64,000 bases of DNA from a virus: the IMG/VR virus record IMGVR_UViG_3300018481_000004, positions 1 through 64,000 of that record. One strand, 5' to 3'. The notes beneath the pieces are model-generated. The model was not told where the DNA came from. It did not search any database and saw only the letters and a list, made by a program, of their open reading frames with translations. The position numbers and the translations under genes were made by a program. Below, piece after piece: positions 58,175 through 64,000 of this stretch (position 1 is its first letter; each line of letters starts with the position of its first letter).

Positions 58175-59257
58175 GTGCCGCAACATCGCGCTGTGCAGTG
58201 GTTGTCGACCTATGGGCAACGGTACCCGATGGCTTGGGATCTGTTCGCCAACTTCCAGCACCTGCGGTTGATGAAGCGCCAGGCCGGGCCAAAGGTCCCT
58301 GGGTTTGAGAGCGTGCACGACTGGCCGGACTGGTGCTGGGCGCCGATTGCAGCGGCGCACGCTGTCGTGACGCTGCAGAACCGGCCCGAGGAGGCCAAGC
58401 AGAAGCTCAAGGGCATACCGAGCGCTGACAAGGTCCCCGCGGAGCTCTTGGCGCCCACCCAGGACACAGGTGCGCTGGCAGCGGTTGCCGCGTGGAGAGC
58501 GACGCAAGGAATCTATCGCTTCGATCCGGATGTCATTCGGGAGCTCTACAAGACGCCGGTCAAGGGAGACATTCCTGCTGATGTGCTTCGGCGCCTCCCA
58601 GCATGGTGCGTGTACATCGAAGCGCCGTCGGATCTACTCGGGGCGCCGGGTTCTCTCCGAGGTTTTTTCGCGTATTTGGAGTTCGACGCGATCGATTCAC
58701 ACGAGGAGCTTCGCTTCGCGCTCGACATCGAGGACTACGAGCAGCTGGTGCCCATGATGGTTCGCCTCGGCGGCTCTCTCGAGGAGGGTGTGCGCGCCGC
58801 GCATGAGCGTATGAGAGAGCTGTCCGAGCAGCACTGGAGGCCGAAGTTCCCGGATCTTTGGAAGGCTCGCGATTTCATCGAGGGCCTCACGTCGATCGTG
58901 CTTTTCCTCTGTGCGGACGAGACGGATGTTCCGCCGGCTGCAGAGCGGCCCGACCGTATCGCGAAGACTTCCAAAGGCCGGCAGATCCTACCCACGGGGC
59001 GGCCGACCGTCATCGATTGTGGAGTGAAGCTCGGCGCAGCGCTGCGTAAGTCGCGCGAGCCTCGCGCAGCGCCAAGCGAAGGGGAGGAGACGGGGCGCAC
59101 CGTCGGAGGACATATTCGAGCCCCGCACTGGCACACCTTCCTCGCAGGCCCTCGGAATGAAGAGCGAAGGCGCATCGTCAAGTGGTTGCCGCCGATTCGT
59201 GTCGCGCTCGACGACGATGAGCTACCCGATCCGACGCTTCACCCAGTTCGGGATTGA
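58175..59257 (+). CDS. Hypothetical protein
   Basis: 360 aa. GTG follows GAGGAGAAGAG. Contains the C-terminal HIRAPHWHTFLAGPR. Confidence 0.65.
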   Translation: MPQHRAVQWLSTYGQRYPMAWDLFANFQHLRLMKRQAGPKVPGFESVHDWPDWCWAPIAAAHAVVTLQNRPEEAKQKLKGIPSADKVPAELLAPTQDTGALAAVAAWRATQGIYRFDPDVIRELYKTPVKGDIPADVLRRLPAWCVYIEAPSDLLGAPGSLRGFFAYLEFDAIDSHEELRFALDIEDYEQLVPMMVRLGGSLEEGVRAAHERMRELSEQHWRPKFPDLWKARDFIEGLTSIVLFLCADETDVPPAAERPDRIAKTSKGRQILPTGRPTVIDCGVKLGAALRKSREPRAAPSEGEETGRTVGGHIRAPHWHTFLAGPRNEERRRIVKWLPPIRVALDDDELPDPTLHPVRD

Positions 59258-59320
59258 AGATCCCCTATCAAGGTTGAGTTTATGTTGGCAGGGGCACGGC
59301 TCTTGTGCGATGTCCGCCTT

Positions 59321-59767
59321 ATGCCCAAGACGAATCAACCGAAAGCCGCTTTCGGGTCGAAGCGAGAGTTCATCCTCAAGCACATCGATCTTCCGACCCA
59401 GCAGATCATCCGAGAAGCCGCGAAGCAGAAGCTGAAACTTGGCGCGCAGTATATCTACGTGGTGCGCAGCAGCCTCAAGCCCGCGAAGCCGCCCAAGAAG
59501 TTGAAGAAAGCGCCGCCTTCGTCAGCGAAGGCGCTCGCGATCCTCAACGGAGGCGAAGTAACGTCGCCAGCACCTCGGCACGTTGCCGCTCGGCGCGCAG
59601 CTGCTCAACCCGTCACCAATGGCAATGGGCACGCGCCAGTCCAGGGTCCTGCGTCGTCTCAGCGTTCGTCGCTGGAAGCCTCCTTCTTCGACGCCGCCAT
59701 CAGCCTTGGAACAGTCCGAGCGGAGGAGCTTCTGAAAGAGCTCAAGGGCCGCGTCCACGTCTGGTGA
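59321..59767 (+). CDS. Lys/Pro-rich hypothetical protein
   Basis: ATG at 59321 gives MPKTNQPKAAFGSKREF.., 148 aa. Confidence 0.5.
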   Translation: MPKTNQPKAAFGSKREFILKHIDLPTQQIIREAAKQKLKLGAQYIYVVRSSLKPAKPPKKLKKAPPSSAKALAILNGGEVTSPAPRHVAARRAAAQPVTNGNGHAPVQGPASSQRSSLEASFFDAAISLGTVRAEELLKELKGRVHVW

Positions 59768-59841
59768 GAGAACGGCGTCATGACGTAGGGCAGGGTGTGC
59801 TGAATCGGGTTTGAGTTTGAGGTCGTGATAGATTCGCGTCC

Positions 59842-60666
59842 ATGGAACTCGGAGACACCCCGTGGGTGGACCGCACCTGGAAGAAGCTCGTCGACCGCGT
59901 GCAGGTTCGGGACGACATCGAGTGGAAGTGGGTGCCGCGGGTCTCAAACGACCGCCCGCTCCGCTTCGAGGAGTACGGCTGCGGGGCCTACGGGTGCGTC
60001 TCGCCGACCGAGCAGCCCGGCATCGTCGTCAAGCTGACGAGCGACGCGTCGGAGGCGCTCTTCGTGGCCTGGTCGCTCACCGTGCCCAAGCCGGCCGCCG
60101 GGCTCATCCCCTTCCACAAGGTCTTGGCCGTGCCGGATGCGACCTACCGTGGCCGGCCGCTCTACGTCCTGTGGCGCGACGAGGCCGTCGACGTCGGCGC
60201 CCTGGACGTCAGCCGCCGGGGGGTCGGGCACGCCGTGCGCACGTACCAGCTCGAGATCACGCACCTCAACCAGCTGATGGAAAACGCCCGCCAGGTGGGG
60301 CAGGCACTCAAGCGCTGGCGCGCCCGCATGTCTGACGAGGGGTTTTTGAGCACCTTGCCGCTGCTCTGGGACGCCTACCAGGCCCCGGGCACGCTCGAGG
60401 TGCCCAAGCACGTCACCGTGGTGCTCGTCGCCTTGCAGAAGGCCGAGCACTACATGCAGGAGCTCTCGCGCTCCCGCTTCAAGGGCGTCGCCACGGCGCT
60501 CTTGCACTACCTCAAGCGGGGCGTTCTCTTGGCGGACGTGCGGGGCGCCAACGTCGCGCGCCGAATCGGAACCTATGGCTCGCCCGGCGATTGGACGATC
60601 ATCGATCCCGGCCTGTCGATCGTCCTGAACCCCTCGGTCGAAATCCCCGCGATCGAGGCGCTCTGA
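59842..60666 (+). CDS. Protein-kinase-like fold protein (atypical)
   Basis: YGCGAYGCV (Gly-loop-like), IVVKLT (VAIK-like Lys), LLADVRGANV (catalytic D....N-like) and TIIDPG (DFG-like). Motif order and spacing fit a kinase core. Confidence 0.55.
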   Translation: MELGDTPWVDRTWKKLVDRVQVRDDIEWKWVPRVSNDRPLRFEEYGCGAYGCVSPTEQPGIVVKLTSDASEALFVAWSLTVPKPAAGLIPFHKVLAVPDATYRGRPLYVLWRDEAVDVGALDVSRRGVGHAVRTYQLEITHLNQLMENARQVGQALKRWRARMSDEGFLSTLPLLWDAYQAPGTLEVPKHVTVVLVALQKAEHYMQELSRSRFKGVATALLHYLKRGVLLADVRGANVARRIGTYGSPGDWTIIDPGLSIVLNPSVEIPAIEAL

Positions 60667-60679
60667 AGGAGTTCTGCGC

Positions 60680-60871
60680 ATGCACCTGCTGATGCCCTGC
60701 AAGCACGACGACCGAAACAGCGTCTGGACCTACCTCATTGGGGGCGACACGGCCGACCACACCATTCAATGGTGCCCCATCTGCGGCGCCGTGCAGGAGG
60801 TCTGGGACGGCCACAAGCGCCCGTGGCAACTGCCGCAGCTGGCCCAACAGCACCCCCTGGGAGTCTCGTGA
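60680..60871 (+). CDS. Small Cys-containing protein
   Basis: 63 aa with a CPICG motif. Confidence 0.45.
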   Translation: MHLLMPCKHDDRNSVWTYLIGGDTADHTIQWCPICGAVQEVWDGHKRPWQLPQLAQQHPLGVS

Positions 60872-61098
60872 GCGAGCATCGCCGCAGGCTGGCGCGGGAC
60901 CGCGCGTTTGATGCCCGCAACGGGCTCGCCGCCCTGATCAAGCACTCCGGCGTCGCTCCGGCCTACGTCGAGAAGATGCAGGGCAAGCTCGTCGAGCTCT
61001 GGACCGAGGCGGTGAGCGCCATGGGTGATCTCGGCGAGCCTGTGTACCCGAGCCTGATCACGGTGGCGGTGAAGAAGGACCCGGAAGACGAAAAATGA
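60868..61098 (+). CDS. Small hypothetical protein
   Basis: GTG at 60868 overlaps the upstream stop (GTGA). 76 aa. Confidence 0.45.
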   Translation: MSEHRRRLARDRAFDARNGLAALIKHSGVAPAYVEKMQGKLVELWTEAVSAMGDLGEPVYPSLITVAVKKDPEDEK

Positions 61099-61177
61099 CC
61101 TGGCACGAAAATAGTCCGTGGGGTTCTTCGAACGCCGGTCATATAGAAGCGAATGCGACCACGTAAGACGGTGTTGT

Positions 61178-61531
61178 GTGCTCTCGTTTGAGGAGTACCT
61201 CGAGCTTATCAAGCAGCCGCGAACCCCGCGCAATCAGTGGCTCTACGAGGCGGGCCTCCGCATCTACGTGCGCGTCAGCCATCCGTTGTTTCGGCCGACA
61301 GAGGTCGATTTTGACCTCGCGAACATGGATGCCGACGAACCGGGCCAGGGGGCGCTCACGCGATTTCTCGACAGGTACGAGCCTCGTTTCGGTTTCTACG
61401 TCCAGAACTGCCTCAACGAGCGGCTCGTGCTCTACCTTCAGCGACGTGGCTACAAGAGCTTCTCGCTTGCAGGGGATTACGGCATCCACCTGTTCCGCGG
61501 GCGCCCTGCGAGCAGTTTTCAGCGTCCTTGA
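61178..61531 (+). CDS. Possible GNAT-like acetyltransferase fragment / hypothetical
   Basis: EPGQGALTRFLDRYE..FYVQNCLNERLVLYLQRRGY resembles the GNAT acetyl-CoA-binding core. I prefer the GTG at 61178 over the track start at 61118. Confidence 0.45.
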   Translation: MLSFEEYLELIKQPRTPRNQWLYEAGLRIYVRVSHPLFRPTEVDFDLANMDADEPGQGALTRFLDRYEPRFGFYVQNCLNERLVLYLQRRGYKSFSLAGDYGIHLFRGRPASSFQRP

Positions 61532-61599
61532 TCTGAAACAGGCCCACCCTGTAAGGTTTGAGCGTGACTCGCGGCAGTCGGCGAGGGGGTGGAGGCAGT

Positions 61600-61725
61600 A
61601 TGCGACGATGGTGGCACTGGGCGCTGTGTCGCTTGGGACGGCACGCTTTACGGCGCCGAGGGGGCTTGCTCGTGTGCGAACGGTGTCCGAGCCGATGGGA
61701 GCCGTTCGGCGAGTTTGAGACCTGA
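61600..61725 (+). CDS. Possible 41-aa Arg/Trp/Cys-rich peptide
   Basis: SD GGTGGAGG lies 5 nt before the ATG. My translation is MRRWWHWALCRLGRHALRRRGGLLVCERCPSRWEPFGEFET. A 13-bp hairpin follows. Confidence 0.35.
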   Translation: MRRWWHWALCRLGRHALRRRGGLLVCERCPSRWEPFGEFET

Positions 61726-61732
61726 CGTAAAA

Positions 61733-61767
61733 GAGGCCCCGGTCGGCGGGAACGCGACCGGGGCCTC
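61733..61767. terminator. GC-rich hairpin (13-bp stem)
   Basis: GAGGCCCCGGTCG-loop-CGACCGGGGCCTC. The minus-strand reading is followed by TTTTAC, and there is no T-run on the plus strand. Confidence 0.45.
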
Positions 61768-61890
61768 TGCGGAGCTTGCCAACCGTGAGAGTCAACCAAA
61801 CGTGAGAACCAGCCAACGTGATATTCGCACAGCACGTTGAGACGCGTCGAGAGTTTTCGTTTGACCCCCTGCAACTGCGAGAACTTGGCC

Positions 61891-62181
61891 ATGACAGACC
61901 GACTGACCCTGCTTGAGAGGCAACAAAAGTTGCTCGACGAGATGACCGACCAAATCCATGAGCACGATGTGCTGCTCACCCGCGTCATGTGGTGCGCCTG
62001 GATCCTCGGCATCCTCACGATCGCCTACTTCTTTGGGCTCATTCCGAGTAGCGCGCTGTTCGCGGCCATCGGCGTCGCATGCCTTTTCGCAGGCTATTGG
62101 GCCTGGCGCACACGCCAGCTCGTCCAATACATGGAGGGGTACTGGAAGGCGCAGGCACGCCTGCTGAAGCTCAACAGCTAG
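61891..62181 (+). CDS. Small membrane protein
   Basis: ATG at 61891 gives MTDRLTLLERQQ... It has two hydrophobic segments, WCAWILGILTIAYFFGLI and LFAAIGVACLFAGYWAW. Confidence 0.5.
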   Translation: MTDRLTLLERQQKLLDEMTDQIHEHDVLLTRVMWCAWILGILTIAYFFGLIPSSALFAAIGVACLFAGYWAWRTRQLVQYMEGYWKAQARLLKLNS

Positions 62182-62190
62182 CGCTGGCCC

Positions 62191-62517
62191 TTACTTTTCT
62201 TTGGAAATGCGCTCTTCGAGACGTGCCACAGAAGCCCGTGTCCCCGCCTCGCCTTCGATCGTGCGCACCCACGTGGTCGAGAGCCGCTCAATGCGCTTGT
62301 CGAGCCCGTCGACACGCCGATCGATCTCGTCCGTGCGTCGTTCCTCGCGACCTGCCCGATTTTCGAGTATCTCCAGCCGCAGATCTTGCGCTCCATGGAC
62401 CATCGCGGCGTTGTGCACAAACCACACGATCGGGATGAGCACTGCCATCGACACGACGACCCACGAGACGAAGTACCCCACGATGTGCGACTTCTTGATT
62501 GTGAGTGTTCCTTCCAT
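62191..62517 (-). CDS. Single-pass membrane / coiled-coil protein
   Basis: 108 aa with the TM VGYFVSWVVVSMAVLIPIVWFV, then a charged helix. Confidence 0.55.
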   Translation of the reverse strand: MEGTLTIKKSHIVGYFVSWVVVSMAVLIPIVWFVHNAAMVHGAQDLRLEILENRAGREERRTDEIDRRVDGLDKRIERLSTTWVRTIEGEAGTRASVARLEERISKEK

Positions 62518-62546
62518 GTGACCCCCTGCAGCTAGCCTACCAGCTG

Positions 62547-63008
62547 TCAGTGGAACTCGGTCACGGCCTCGCGCAGGTACTTCGCGCAGAGCGCCTGGGC
62601 TTTGGCTTCGCCGATCGTCTCGAGGTCGTCCGCGCGATCGCCGATCTTCGCGAGGTCTTTGCTGCGCTCATCCCAAAGATCGCAGAAGCCGAGCACGACC
62701 TGGCGCAAGCGCTCCACAGCGTCGTCCGCAGTCGTAGGCGTGTCTTTCCGCGTAGGCTCCTCCTCGAGCAGCCATTCCGTGACCCGCTTGAACATCTCTT
62801 CGAAGCCGGGACGAGCCTGATCAGCGATGTAGCGAGCCACGGTGCAGCGCGCCCTCCAACTTGGCTCGCCATCGAAGACCGGCCACGCAACTTTCACCGC
62901 GCTCGTGGCCACGAGGAAGCCGTAGACCTCTGCGAAGTATGGGTGCTCTCGCCTGGTGTGGATGAGAGCAGCGACGAAGGCGAGTTCGGAAGGATGAGGC
63001 TTCGGCAT
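62547..63008 (-). CDS. Hypothetical protein
   Basis: 153-aa ORF of ordinary composition. Confidence 0.6.
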   Translation of the reverse strand: MPKPHPSELAFVAALIHTRREHPYFAEVYGFLVATSAVKVAWPVFDGEPSWRARCTVARYIADQARPGFEEMFKRVTEWLLEEEPTRKDTPTTADDAVERLRQVVLGFCDLWDERSKDLAKIGDRADDLETIGEAKAQALCAKYLREAVTEFH

Positions 63009-63016
63009 GGGGTGAC

Positions 63017-63307
63017 TCAGCTCCTTGTCAGCTTCGTTGTGAGATCCTGGATGTAAGCCTGCTCAGCACTCGGCTTGAGTGCTTGGGCAGCTTTGACGAG
63101 AGCGGTGACGGCCCACATGGGGTCCTTCATTTCGGAGGTAAGAACGAACTGCGTGCCCAGCTCGGGGTTGCTGCGCTTTTGAACCGCCGCGCTGAGGGCG
63201 TACTTCATCCGATAGCGCGTGCAGAGCGGCGCAAGCACCGCACGTACCTCTTCGGCGATGGCGAGCATTTCCGCCTCGGTCAGGTCCACCTGCTCGGCTT
63301 CGTTCAT
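63017..63307 (-). CDS. Hypothetical protein
   Basis: 96-aa ORF in series with its neighbours. Confidence 0.55.
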   Translation of the reverse strand: MNEAEQVDLTEAEMLAIAEEVRAVLAPLCTRYRMKYALSAAVQKRSNPELGTQFVLTSEMKDPMWAVTALVKAAQALKPSAEQAYIQDLTTKLTRS

Positions 63308-63603
63308 GGTGTATCTTTCACGGGAGGCGCTTCGCGCGCGGCCCGACCACGACGCCGACGCACAAGCTCGGCCGTGCGCAGCTTGGCCTTGGGTGGAGCC
63401 AGCTTCGCGCCCAGCTTGGAAGGATCATACTGCCTCACCAGCTCGATGCCCTGCTGGAGCCGCGACATGAGCTCTACGACCTGCTCCTGCGAAAGCGGCA
63501 CGTCGATGCGGTCTCCACCGACCTCGATGGTCATCGTCAGAGTGCCAGTGCCGAGGTTGCTGATGACGGTAAGGTCAGCGATTCGTTGCACGTGTACCTT
63601 CAT
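63304..63603 (-). CDS. Hypothetical protein
   Basis: ATG at 63603 follows GGAGG and gives MKVHVQRIADLTV.., 99 aa. Confidence 0.5.
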   Translation of the reverse strand: MKVHVQRIADLTVISNLGTGTLTMTIEVGGDRIDVPLSQEQVVELMSRLQQGIELVRQYDPSKLGAKLAPPKAKLRTAELVRRRRGRAAREAPPVKDTP

Positions 63604-63636
63604 GCCGGGTGCCTCCAAAGGGTCTGGAACAGGTGC

Positions 63637-63921
63637 CTACAGATCGTCCTCGGCGACGAACTGGACGACGCCCAAGTGCTTCGCCAGGCGCATGACCAGC
63701 GTGCGATCAGAGTCGCGGTCCCAGTCACCGCGGCACATCACCCCGCGATCGTTCTTCGTCGACGACTTATGGCAGACGAAGTGCGTGTCCATCGACGCGC
63801 AGTGGTCGAGGACGTCATCGACGCGTGTTTGAGAAACGATGCGCGCGCTCGAAAACAAGCACTGGTTACAGCGCTTGGCCATCACGAGCAGCGTGGAAGG
63901 GTCGTGCGGTGCGCGCGCCAT
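63637..63921 (-). CDS. Cys/His-rich small protein
   Basis: 94 aa with CNQC..HC..H.VCH..CRGDW. Confidence 0.5.
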   Translation of the reverse strand: MARAPHDPSTLLVMAKRCNQCLFSSARIVSQTRVDDVLDHCASMDTHFVCHKSSTKNDRGVMCRGDWDRDSDRTLVMRLAKHLGVVQFVAEDDL

Positions 63922-64000
63922 AGGGGGTAAGCGCGTTTTATCGCCGAGTGGTGCAAACGACCAAGAAAAAATCAGAGTGGTTGAGAATCCGGGCAGCGCT

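Noticed and set aside
56573-58292. Minus ORFs of 304 aa (56573..57487) and 297 aa (57399..58292)
   Set aside because: They run antisense across several SD-preceded plus-strand genes and intergenic boxes. Their composition is Ser/Ala/Arg-rich.

Overview
This 64 kb window is high-GC (roughly mid-60s % by eye). I read it as most of a temperate bacteriophage or phage-like episome in its non-integrated form, because phage genes lie on both sides of an int-attP module. No rRNA, CRISPR array or transposase was seen.

Layout:
- 1-23590, minus strand: one long late or virion operon. It starts with a XerC/D-like recombinase and a 725-aa Gln-rich protein. A transglutaminase-like peptidase, several membrane-anchored proteins and three small beta-rich proteins follow. 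Next come a protein with four peptidoglycan-binding repeats, a 1536-aa fibre, a 372-aa fibre and at least three tandem receptor-binding paralogs.
- 23757-28334, plus strand: RuvC-like resolvase, Dam methylase, GT2 glycosyltransferase and M15 peptidase.
- 28331-33495: an accessory island. It holds an orphan three-paralog cassette, an RCC1-repeat lipoprotein, a RelE/HTH toxin-antitoxin pair and a leftward operon of small proteins that includes a poly-Asp protein and a NUMOD4 protein.
- 34000-49415, plus strand: replication and nucleotide metabolism. Genes include a VirE-type primase-helicase followed by an iteron-rich ori-like region, a RecD-like helicase, a Cas4-like nuclease, an SNF2 helicase, a tRNA-Trp-like element, ThyX and two PAS-domain regulators.
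- 49424-52048: lysogeny module with an Xis-like HTH, a tyrosine integrase, and an attP carrying the 3-prime half of tRNA-Gly(GCC) flanked by arm repeats.
- 52145-61531, plus strand: HNH endonuclease, family-A DNA polymerase, DUF3310 and a kinase-like protein.
- 61891-63921: small genes, mostly leftward.

The strongest candidates for something undescribed are these:
1. The three-gene paralog cassette at 28331-30372.
2. The virion block, which shows no recognisable HK97, portal, terminase or tape-measure genes but is full of tail-anchored membrane proteins and small beta-rich proteins.
3. The multi-RBP cassette, whose genes share an N-terminal adaptor and have low-GC C-terminal domains.
4. A set of AT-rich intergenic boxes.
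5. The tandem PAS regulators.

All functional calls rest on motifs read by eye, and no database search was possible.
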